25,754 nt of DNA from the NCBI GenBank assembly GCA_038230375.1, contig JBBRNJ010000106.1:1-25754 (forward strand), written 5' to 3'. The notes under the pieces were generated by a model. The model saw only the letters and a list, made by a program, of their open reading frames with translations, did no database searches and had not been told where the DNA came from. The translations under genes and the position numbers were made by a program. The stretch is from Polyangiales bacterium. GTDB taxonomy: Bacteria > Myxococcota_A > Polyangia > Polyangiales > Polyangiaceae. Each line of letters begins with the position of its first letter. Positions within the stretch are counted from its first letter, which is position 1. Of the stretch, positions 1 through 7,561 are shown piece after piece.

Positions 1-2331
1 CTGCGCTTCCTTCACGCCTGCGGCCAGGAAGCTCTTGGCGGTCTCGCTGAGCGGCGAGCCGTCCTTCTTCCAGAACTCCACCGCAGCGGCAAGGCGGCTC
101 TTGCGCCACAGCTCCGCCGGGTCCTTGGACTCGTCCCATCGCTTGGCGTCGCGCTCGACGTGCGCGACCAGCAGCCGATCGTCGCGCGCCTCCTGCAGCC
201 ACCCACGCACGAGCCCCCAGTCCTTGAGCACCGAGTCGTGGACGAACGTGAACCCGTCCTGCTCAGCGACCACCAGGCGAGCCTTCGTGAGCGCGAAGAC
301 CGCCTCCTTCGCGTCCTCGCCGTAGCGCTTCACCAGTACGTCCATCTCGACATGCGCGCGCGTACCTTCGGGCGTCGTCATCTCGAGGAGCACGTTTCGC
401 AGCGTGTCGTTCGAGATGTTCTTCGCTGCGATGGCCTCGTTCGCGTGATCCTCGAGCGCGCTCTTCAAGCCGCCCTTGCCGCTGAACGCCGCACGCGTGA
501 TCTTCTTCTTCTTGGTGTCGCGCGCAGCCCAGAGGCGCGTGAGCCCGAACTGCACCAGGGTCATTGCGGTCTCGCGGCCCTTCAGATCCTTGAGGACCTC
601 CTTGCGGAGCTCCGCGTCCTCGAACTCGTAGCCGTACGCCTGCAGCGCCTCGTCGACCACCTCACTCCATCCGGTCGACGACAGGGGCGCCAGCAGCTGG
701 ATGCCCTTGGAGAGCGCTCGCGCGAAGAGCGAATCGATCTCCAGTGTCTGATCGAGCAGATCCCGCCGAACGCACACGATCACGCGCACGCCCATGTGCC
801 CCTCGGCAAGGCGCGAGAGCAGCTCCAGCGCATCGGTGCGGCCCTTCGCCGCTTTTTCCTCGTGCTTCGTGACCACCTCCTCGAGCTGGTCCACGAGGAT
901 GACGATGCCTTCGCCCTTCGCGTCGACGTTCGCGGCCAGCTGTTCGGCGACCGCCTCCGGATGCGCGTCTGTGGGTGCGCCGATCACCTTCTCGATCGCA
1001 CCGCTCAGCGCGCCCATCAGATCCTTGCCCGGCGTCACGACCACGCTGCGGTACTTCTTGGGCCAGCCGCCGAGCGCGCCCTCCTCGATCGCGGGCAGCA
1101 ACCCCGCGCGCGTGATGCTGCTCTTGCCGCTGCCGGAGAGTCCGACGATCCCCACGAGCCCACGCGTTCGCAGAAGCTCGATGGCGCCGGCCATCTCCGC
1201 GGAGCGCCCGAAGAACACGTCACGATCGGATGCCTCGTAGCGCTCGAGACCGGGGAACGGGCCGCGCTCCTCCTTGGGAAGACCACGCTCGCGCCCGGCG
1301 AGAGCGCTCCGGATCTGCTCCAGCTCACGAAGAACGAGCTCCGCCGAGCGAGGACGCGCGTCGCGCTTCGCCGCCACGAGCGAGTCCACGAGCTTTGCGA
1401 GTGCCGGCGGCGTACCAGGTGCAACGTCCAGAAGGGGCTCCGCGGGCGAGTCGCCGGTGATCACGTTCCTGTCCACCGCGGCGATGTCGACGCCGGCCTT
1501 CTTGGAGGCTGCGACCGCAGGAACGTAGCCCGCGATGCACTGGTAGAGCACGGCGCCCAGCGAGTACAAATCGCTCGCGGCGGTCGGGCGCGACGTGGTC
1601 TTCACGCAGACCGGATCCACGTAGCCGATGGTGCCGGTGAGCGGCGCTGTCTTCTTTGCGTCGGGCTTGTCGTTCACCTTGATGAGCGTCGCTGCCTTCC
1701 GTCCGATCGACTCGGGAGGAAGGTCGTCGAGCGCCAGGTCGTCGCGCTTTGCCGCCTCGTCCTTGGCAGCGTCCTCACCGGCGATGCCAAAGTTGAGGAG
1801 CTTGTGCGTGCCAGCCGTGAGGATGATGTTCGACGGCTTCACGTTGCAGTGGACCACGTGCGCATCGTGCGCTGCCTCCAGCGCAGAGGCCACGTCGATC
1901 CCGACCTCCACGGCCAGGGCAACGCGCTTCGGGTCGCCAGGCGGGAGGTCGGCGATGGCCTTGTCGGCGAGCTGGCGATCGACGCTGATGCCGTCCGCGA
2001 ACTCCATGACCAGGCCCATGAGGCCGCGCTTCGGGTCGGTGGCGAGCGTATGGAAGCGAATGACGTTGGGATGCTGCACGCGGCAGAGCGCGCGTGCCTC
2101 GTCCACGACGCGCGCCTGCCAGCCTTCGGGGGCCGCGCCGGCCTTCGGCTGCCCGATGTCGAAGAGCTTGATCGCCACCTCACGGAGGCTCAGCCCCGCG
2201 TGCTCTTCGACAGCCCTGTACACCGGCGCCGTGCCGGCCTTGTCGAGCAGCTCCTTGCACCGGTACGGGCCGATGCGTCGCGCGTCGTCGGGGGCGGCCA
2301 GGAACTGGGAGATGCTGGGACTGAAGGGCAT
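1..2331 (-). CDS. Ser/Thr protein kinase-like (predicted pseudokinase) domain fused to nSTAND1-type P-loop NTPase; 3' end beyond the window
   Basis: Manual translation from the ATG at 2331 stays open to the window edge (777 codons). Kinase motifs: RIGPYRC, EVAIKLF, DEARAL, QHPNVIRF, VVHCNVKPSNI, LLNFGIA, GTIGYVDP, SDLYSLG. NTPase motifs: PFPGLERYEASDRDVFFGR, Walker A GLSGSGKSS (1143-1117), Walker B ILVDQLEE (900-877), then LVQFGLTRLW and FVHDSVLKDW, typical of nSTAND1. Confidence 0.9.
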   Translation of the reverse strand, partial: MPFSPSISQFLAAPDDARRIGPYRCKELLDKAGTAPVYRAVEEHAGLSLREVAIKLFDIGQPKAGAAPEGWQARVVDEARALCRVQHPNVIRFHTLATDPKRGLMGLVMEFADGISVDRQLADKAIADLPPGDPKRVALAVEVGIDVASALEAAHDAHVVHCNVKPSNIILTAGTHKLLNFGIAGEDAAKDEAAKRDDLALDDLPPESIGRKAATLIKVNDKPDAKKTAPLTGTIGYVDPVCVKTTSRPTAASDLYSLGAVLYQCIAGYVPAVAASKKAGVDIAAVDRNVITGDSPAEPLLDVAPGTPPALAKLVDSLVAAKRDARPRSAELVLRELEQIRSALAGRERGLPKEERGPFPGLERYEASDRDVFFGRSAEMAGAIELLRTRGLVGIVGLSGSGKSSITRAGLLPAIEEGALGGWPKKYRSVVVTPGKDLMGALSGAIEKVIGAPTDAHPEAVAEQLAANVDAKGEGIVILVDQLEEVVTKHEEKAAKGRTDALELLSRLAEGHMGVRVIVCVRRDLLDQTLEIDSLFARALSKGIQLLAPLSSTGWSEVVDEALQAYGYEFEDAELRKEVLKDLKGRETAMTLVQFGLTRLWAARDTKKKKITRAAFSGKGGLKSALEDHANEAIAAKNISNDTLRNVLLEMTTPEGTRAHVEMDVLVKRYGEDAKEAVFALTKARLVVAEQDGFTFVHDSVLKDWGLVRGWLQEARDDRLLVAHVERDAKRWDESKDPAELWRKSRLAAAVEFWKKDGSPLSETAKSFLAAGVKEAQ

Positions 2332-2360
2332 GGGGTCACGCTAGATGACCCGATGACCCC
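2332..2360 (-). promoter_or_regulatory. Putative -10 element (TAGCGT) for leaderless transcription, overlapped by TGACCC inverted and direct repeats
   Basis: Minus strand reads TAGCGT (2343-2338), 6 nt, ATG. GGGTCA (2333-2338)-N7-TGACCC (2346-2351) straddles the hexamer, and a further TGACCC lies at 2354-2359. Confidence 0.5.
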
Positions 2361-2378
2361 CGGTCCACACCGATCGCC

Positions 2379-3434
2379 CTAGAACCCGCACTGCGACTTG
2401 CAGGTGGTTTCCGCGCAAGTTGACACGGCGTCGAGCTTCGAGAGCCCGCCCGGGTGCCCCGCGTCACAGGCCGAGGCGCACGCGTCATCACTGCATGCGT
2501 CGTAGCAACGAACGAGCGCCACGCAGTCGGTGTCGTCAACGCACGTGGTGGTCTGTGTGCAGCAGCTCGCGTTGAGGCACGTGTCGCACGTGGTGTCGCC
2601 GCTCGTGAGGCCGCACGATGGCCCGCCCGGACCAGGTGCCGGACCAGGGCCGGGCCCTCCGGACGCAGCGGAGCAAGCGCTTCCGCACGTGTTGTTCGCG
2701 CATGCGGACAGCGAATTCAGCTTCGCCGTGCCGCTGGGATGCGCTGCCTCACATGCGGATTCGCATGCGTCGTCGGCGCAGCGCTGGGCGCAGTCCATGA
2801 GCGCGGTGCAGTCCGCATCGTTCGTGCAGGCGTTCGCATCCGCGCAGCAGTTCGTGTCGAGACACGAGTCGCACGTGGCGTCGCCGCTCCCGAAGCCGCA
2901 CGCGCTCGGCCCTCCGCCTCCGCCTCCACCACCACCACCGCCACCGCCACCGCCGCATGCGGATGAACATCCGGACTGCATGCAGGTCGTGAGCGCATTC
3001 AGCTTGGTGGCGCCGCTGGGGTGCGCGGACATGCAGGCGGAGACGCACGCGTCGTCGCGGCACGCATCGCCGCACGCGATGAGCGCGGAGCAGTCAGCAT
3101 CGGAGACGCAGGCGGTGTTCTCCGCGCAGCAGCTCGCATCGATGCATGTGTCGCACGTGGCATCGCCGGTCGAGAGACCGCACTTGCCCGCATCGGGGCC
3201 GCCCCCGCCGGGTAGACCGATCCCGGGCTTTTTCCCGCCCTTCGTCGCGAGCGCGGAGACGGTCTTCGCGACGCCGCTCGGCCGCGAGAGCGCGAGCTTC
3301 GACTGCCAGTGGCTCGTCTGCGCTGCGCCCGCTGGCGTGCTTCCCGACGCTTCTGTCCTCTCGATGGTGGTGCTCGTGCAAGCAAATGTCAGCGTCGACG
3401 TGATGGCAATCACGCCCAAGGTCATCACTCTCAT
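2379..3434 (-). CDS. Cys-rich lipoprotein with three tandem 76-aa, 14-Cys repeats
   Basis: GGAGG 4 nt before the ATG; hydrophobic N-terminus ending in a lipobox-like LTFA-C; three repeats with identical Cys spacing separated by Gly15 and Gly/Pro linkers. Confidence 0.85.
   Translation of the reverse strand: MRVMTLGVIAITSTLTFACTSTTIERTEASGSTPAGAAQTSHWQSKLALSRPSGVAKTVSALATKGGKKPGIGLPGGGGPDAGKCGLSTGDATCDTCIDASCCAENTACVSDADCSALIACGDACRDDACVSACMSAHPSGATKLNALTTCMQSGCSSACGGGGGGGGGGGGGGGPSACGFGSGDATCDSCLDTNCCADANACTNDADCTALMDCAQRCADDACESACEAAHPSGTAKLNSLSACANNTCGSACSAASGGPGPGPAPGPGGPSCGLTSGDTTCDTCLNASCCTQTTTCVDDTDCVALVRCYDACSDDACASACDAGHPGGLSKLDAVSTCAETTCKSQCGF
2388..3182 (-). repeat. Three intragenic 228-bp domain repeats (3182-2955, 2900-2673, 2615-2388)
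   Basis: Consensus CGxxxGDxTCDxCxxxxCCxxxxxCxxDxDCxALxxCxxxCxDDACxSACxxxHPxGxxKLxxxxxCxxxxCxSxC, aligned without gaps. Confidence 0.9.
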
Positions 3435-3579
3435 ATGTCCTCCAAAGCAGGTCGGAGCCGGCTCTCGCCTTGCCCCATCCCCATACGAGGGCGCGCCATC
3501 CCCGCGGCCGTGTGCTCGCGCAACGGGCGACGACGTCCCTTTCCGTCCCGCACCTAGATGCAGGTCAGAGCAGACACAT

Positions 3580-3595
3580 TCGAAAATATTTTCGA
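3580..3595. promoter_or_regulatory. Perfect 16-bp AT-rich palindrome, candidate operator
   Basis: TCGAAAATATTTTCGA equals its own reverse complement. It is intergenic, about 145 bp upstream of the Cys-rich lipoprotein start. Confidence 0.45.
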
Positions 3596-3621
3596 GAAAG
3601 TGATCGTTTCTGGTGGCGCGC

Positions 3622-4380
3622 TCAGCCGCCGTCGTTTGGGCAGCACTCCAGCACGTAGCCCTGCATGCCCATGAGGTTCATGCACGCGCCGATGAAGGTG
3701 CCACCGGGGCAGGTCAGCTGCACGGGATGATTCGCGCAGCTTCCCACCTGGTAGGCCTGCATCGAACAGCCTGCGGCGTCGAACGCGGAGTCGCTGGATG
3801 CGCCGGCGTCGGTGGGGCTGCCGTCAGAAGCGCTGCTGGCGTCCGTGGGCGTGGTTGCATCGGCGGGCGAGCCGCTGTCGCTTGTGTTGCCGTGTTTTTT
3901 CGCGTGAAGCCCGTACGGAGAGAGGTGCATGGTGGTGCCCGATGCCGTCTGAGCGCCCACGTCGATCGCATCACCCGTGAGCGGCACCCAGTCGCCGTTC
4001 ACGATCGTGGCTGCCTCGAGTGACGCGGGATCGTTGCCGAGCAGATCGGCACCGGCGTACTTGAACGCGAGCGTCACAGCGACCGCGAACTGCGTGCCCG
4101 ACGGTCCGATCTCGTAGGCCTTGCCGATCGAACCCGCCGGAGCCGAGGAGATCTCCTGGATCGTGATCTGTGTGTCCGCGGGCCGCGCGCCGGGGGGAAT
4201 GGTGACGGTGAGGACGCCGTCCGGTGTGCTGACGTCACCGCCCGCTGCGCCGACGGTCTTCTGCGCCTGCGTGTCGGTGCCAGTCCCACCTGGAGTTGTG
4301 GAGGAAGAGGAGCTGCACGCCGCTGCGACGGCGACCAGAACCAACGTGACGACCCAACCCTTGCGGTTCCCCTCGAGCAT
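3622..4380 (-). CDS. Lipoprotein with ZU5-like beta-sandwich domain and small Cys-rich C-terminus
   Basis: GGAGG RBS; signal peptide ending VAAA-CSSSSS; VGAAGGDV...LTVTIPPGA...AYEIGPSGTQFAVAVTLAF resembles bacterial ZU5-like domains; Asp/Ala/Ser linker; Cys-rich tail. Confidence 0.75.
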   Translation of the reverse strand: MLEGNRKGWVVTLVLVAVAAACSSSSSTTPGGTGTDTQAQKTVGAAGGDVSTPDGVLTVTIPPGARPADTQITIQEISSAPAGSIGKAYEIGPSGTQFAVAVTLAFKYAGADLLGNDPASLEAATIVNGDWVPLTGDAIDVGAQTASGTTMHLSPYGLHAKKHGNTSDSGSPADATTPTDASSASDGSPTDAGASSDSAFDAAGCSMQAYQVGSCANHPVQLTCPGGTFIGACMNLMGMQGYVLECCPNDGG

Positions 4381-4512
4381 GGTGATCCTCCGTTGCTGGT
4401 TCTGGACAGATCATGGTGACACGAACGCGGGGCGTCGCCTGTCACCCAGAAGGCGTACTGGATGAGCATTTCGTGATCGCTCCCCGGCGACGTGTGGGCA
4501 ACCGGCGTTTCG

Positions 4513-6135
4513 CTACGGGATCGTGAGGCGCGCGCCCGCGAAGCCTGTGGGCGCGGGCTTGTCGCCGGGGCCGCCCGCGCCGCCCTTGTCGAACGCGCAC
4601 ATCACGTCTGGTGTCTGTGTGAGCATGACTGCGGCGGGAGCTCCGACGCATGCGCTGGGTCCGCCGGCTCCGCCGCCACCAAGTCCGCCCGCTCCACCCG
4701 CGGTGCCGTCGCCACCCTTGCCGCCGCTTCCGCCATCGTCGGCGCTGCCACCGCCACCTGCGCCAAGACCGCCGGGGCCGCCAGTGCCGCCCGGGCCGCC
4801 TGCAGCGCCAGCGCCGCCAGCGCCTGCCTGCAGATCGCACCTGTCGATCGTGAGCTTGCCTGCGCGCGCGAAGATCGCCACGCTCGCGCCGCCGCCCTGT
4901 CCGCCGCCGCCGCCGGGGCCACCGCATCCGCCACTGCCGCCGCTGCCGCCGCCCCCCCCGCCGTCGCCGAAGCACAGGCCGCCGTTCGAGCCACCACCAC
5001 CGCCGCCACCACCAGCACCCGGAAATCCAGCCGCGCCCGACGCGCCCTTGCCGCCAAGCGGTGGTGCATACTGTCCGTCGGTGGTGACTCCGCCGATCTG
5101 CGCGCTGGGGGCGCCCGATGCGCCGCTCGGTCCCGGTGTCGTGGGTGTTCCACCCGGACCGCCACCACCGCCGCTGCTGAACGCGCACGTCGCGTTGCCG
5201 CTGCCGGGGCTGCCCCCGAGCACGCTCGCGGGCGTTCCAGCGCCGCCCTGCGCGCCAGCGTTCTGATTCCAGCCGCCCCTGCCGCCCGCGCCGCTCGCCG
5301 CCCCACCGCAGGTGGAGGCTGCGGGACCACCCCCCGGTTGGCCGCCCGGCGCGACCGCGTCCTGCGAGCAGTGACTGCACGCGTTGGTGCCCTGGATGCC
5401 CGGCGCGCCGACTGGGCCCACGCCCGACACGGTAGCGCCCGTCGCGCCAGGCTGTCCGACGTCGGTGATGATGGTGTCGTAGCGGACGAAGAGCATGCCC
5501 CGGCCATCCACCAGTCGCACGCCGTAGCTGCCGCCGCCGACGTTCGGAGCGTCGGGTGTGAGCGCCTCGATCGTGACGCCCTCCACGTGCGTGTCCCCGT
5601 CGATCTGCTTGGCGAGGACAACGGTGCCCTTCGCCACCAGCTTGCTGGTGACCGCGGACTTTCTCTTCCAGGGGAACGACGAGTCCGTGGCGTCGAACCC
5701 GCCGTACAGACTCACGCCCGACTCGAGCTCGATCGCGCCGTTGAACATCTCGCCCGCCAGGCAGACGTCCTTGCCCTGTGCCTTGGCCAGGGAGATGGCG
5801 AAGGGGATCGTCTTTGCGGGGCTCTCGCGCGTGCCTGCGGAGGCGCTGTCGTTGCCGGTGCCGGACACGAAGATACATTTGCCCAGCACGCCGTCCGTGC
5901 CGTCGCAGTTCTCATCCGTGTAGTTTGCATCGATCGGATCGTCCGGGGATGCCGGTCCGGGCGTGCAGCCGGGGATGGTTCCCGCGCCGCCCTCCGCGCC
6001 GTCGCCACCACCGCCGTTGCCATCGGTTGCTGCGTCGCCGTTCGCGCAGCCGGTCGCGTTGGCGGTGCAGAGGCCCACGAGCCCCAGGAAGAAGATCGAG
6101 ATCGCAGTGCTGCGCTGACGCATCAGCTTCATCAT
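4513..6135 (-). CDS. Gly-rich (PGRS-like) lipoprotein with DUF1565-like beta-helix start
   Basis: Signal peptide ending ATG-C; DENCDGTD putative metal-binding motif; IFVSGTGNDSASAGTRESPAKTIPFAI and GVSLYGGF; long GGxGGxGG repeats. Start trimmed from 6297 to the ATG at 6135 (6132 or 6123 possible) to match the signal peptide and avoid the divergent gene. Confidence 0.75.
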   Translation of the reverse strand: MMKLMRQRSTAISIFFLGLVGLCTANATGCANGDAATDGNGGGGDGAEGGAGTIPGCTPGPASPDDPIDANYTDENCDGTDGVLGKCIFVSGTGNDSASAGTRESPAKTIPFAISLAKAQGKDVCLAGEMFNGAIELESGVSLYGGFDATDSSFPWKRKSAVTSKLVAKGTVVLAKQIDGDTHVEGVTIEALTPDAPNVGGGSYGVRLVDGRGMLFVRYDTIITDVGQPGATGATVSGVGPVGAPGIQGTNACSHCSQDAVAPGGQPGGGPAASTCGGAASGAGGRGGWNQNAGAQGGAGTPASVLGGSPGSGNATCAFSSGGGGGPGGTPTTPGPSGASGAPSAQIGGVTTDGQYAPPLGGKGASGAAGFPGAGGGGGGGGSNGGLCFGDGGGGGGSGGSGGCGGPGGGGGQGGGASVAIFARAGKLTIDRCDLQAGAGGAGAAGGPGGTGGPGGLGAGGGGSADDGGSGGKGGDGTAGGAGGLGGGGAGGPSACVGAPAAVMLTQTPDVMCAFDKGGAGGPGDKPAPTGFAGARLTIP

Positions 6136-6217
6136 GAGCCCTGAGCCGCCGAACCGCGAGTTAATCGATGGTCTCATCCGCACGTACACGTGGGAGACCT
6201 GGTGTAGGCTTCGTGCC

Positions 6218-6685
6218 ATGGCCTGGGTCAAAGTCCCCCCCGACAACCATCCCATCTTCCACGCCGCGCTGCCGAAAGACCCGCGGATCGAGACCATGAA
6301 GATGTTCGGCGGCGTCGCGGCCAGCGTGAACGGTCACGTGTTCGCGGGCCTGTTCGGTCTCTCGACGATGCTGCTCCTCGCCGAGCCCGATCGCGCGGAG
6401 GCGCTCGCGCTGCCAGGCGCCGCGCTGTTCGATCCCATGGGGAACGGCCGCGTCCGCAGCGACAAGGTGATGCTGCCCGAGAGGTTGATGAGAGAGACCG
6501 CGGAGCTTCGTCGCTGGATCGCACGCGCCTTCAAGGCCGCCGCGCTGTTGCCCAGAAAGGGTGACAAGCCTGCCAGGCCCGCGAAGACGAAGTCCGGCAA
6601 GCCCGCGAAGACGAAGTCCGGCAAGCCCGTGAAGGTCGCGAAGTCCGGCAAGCCCGTGAAGGTCGCGAAGCCACGTTCTTCGTAG
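6218..6685 (+). CDS. TfoX/Sxy N-terminal domain family protein with Lys/Pro/Ala-rich tail
   Basis: MKMFGG...VNGHVFAGLFG...FDPMG...LRRWIARA matches the TfoX_N pattern. ATG at 6218 is preceded by TAGGCT-N7. Confidence 0.8.
   Translation: MAWVKVPPDNHPIFHAALPKDPRIETMKMFGGVAASVNGHVFAGLFGLSTMLLLAEPDRAEALALPGAALFDPMGNGRVRSDKVMLPERLMRETAELRRWIARAFKAAALLPRKGDKPARPAKTKSGKPAKTKSGKPVKVAKSGKPVKVAKPRSS
6577..6670 (+). repeat. Tandem repeats encoding the basic tail
   Basis: GCCCGCGAAGACGAAGTCCGGCAA twice (6577-6624), then GCCCGTGAAGGTCGCGAAGTCCGGCAA (6625-6651) and a partial copy (6652-6670). Confidence 0.85.
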
Positions 6686-6687
6686 GC

Positions 6688-7467
6688 TCACGCTCCCGCA
6701 GGATCCAGCAGCTCCGACTCCAGCACGATGTCGGCGAGGAGCGTCTGGTACTCGGCGTGCGTGTCGTGCTCGCGTGAGCGAAAGAGTGCGCCCTCCTGCG
6801 CCTTCATGTACGCGCGGTATTCTGGCGCGCCCGGGACCTTGACGTTGTCGGCCACGACGATCGCGCCGGTCCGCAGCCAGCGCTCGCGCAGGATGAGCTG
6901 GAGGTCGGGCAGGTATGCGTCCTTCGCATGGTCCAGGAACACGAAATCCAGCGCGCCCTCGGTGAAGCCATGCTTCTCGCGCAGCAGCGCCGCGGTCTTG
7001 CCGCCGTCGCCGAGCGTGCCGTGGACGATCGTCACGCGGTCCGCGATGCCAGCGTGCTCGAAGATGCGCCGGGCGATCTCTGCGTTGTCGGCATTGAACT
7101 CCACCGTGCACAGGTGCGCGTCGCGCGGCGCAGCGCGGACGGTCCGCAGTCCGGAGTAGCCGCAGTAGGTCCCCAGCTCCAGCATCAGCTTCGGCTTCGC
7201 GCGCGCGACGGCCGCGTCCAGCAGCAGGCCCTTCTCGTCGCCCACGTTGATGAGGAAGCTCTCCTCGTACGCGAACTTGTCGATGATGCGGATCGCGTCA
7301 TCGATGTCGCCGGGGCGCGCGTGCTCTACAACGAAGCGAAGAAGGGCCGCCTCGCGACCGTCGCCCACCTGCCAGTTCGAGAGCAGGTTCCGCATGCCGA
7401 GCCCCATTCGAACGACGGACCACCGCAAGAACGGCAACCGCTTCCCCACGATCTCACGAACGCCCAT
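6688..7467 (-). CDS. Catechol O-methyltransferase (COMT)-type SAM- and Mg-dependent methyltransferase
   Basis: INVGDEKG, LELGTYCGYS, FLDHAKDAY and VADNV correspond to the COMT motifs. ATG at 7467 is preceded by GGAGG. Confidence 0.88.
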   Translation of the reverse strand: MGVREIVGKRLPFLRWSVVRMGLGMRNLLSNWQVGDGREAALLRFVVEHARPGDIDDAIRIIDKFAYEESFLINVGDEKGLLLDAAVARAKPKLMLELGTYCGYSGLRTVRAAPRDAHLCTVEFNADNAEIARRIFEHAGIADRVTIVHGTLGDGGKTAALLREKHGFTEGALDFVFLDHAKDAYLPDLQLILRERWLRTGAIVVADNVKVPGAPEYRAYMKAQEGALFRSREHDTHAEYQTLLADIVLESELLDPAGA

Positions 7468-7561
7468 GCCTGCCTCCACCAGCAGCGTTATCAGCTCGGC
7501 CCATTCCCCGCACCCCCGCGCACGGCACGATGTTGCGCCGGCGAGACGCGTGGTGGAGGGC

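Noticed and set aside
160..2382. 740-aa plus-strand ORF
   Set aside because: Codon-aligned antisense shadow of the kinase-STAND gene; no recognisable motifs, typical of high-GC DNA.
4952..4959. C8 homopolymer as a phase-variation tract
   Set aside because: Lies within a poly-Gly codon run, where such tracts are expected by chance.
4442..6144. Long overlapping ORFs (4442-5878 minus, 4492-6144 plus, 4523-5266 plus poly-Pro)
   Set aside because: Alternative or antisense frames of the Gly-rich lipoprotein; Arg/Pro/Ala-rich artefacts.
6136..6297. Apparent head-to-head overlap of the Gly-rich lipoprotein and TfoX ORFs
   Set aside because: Disappears when starts are set at 6135 and 6218, which fit the signal peptide and promoter motif.
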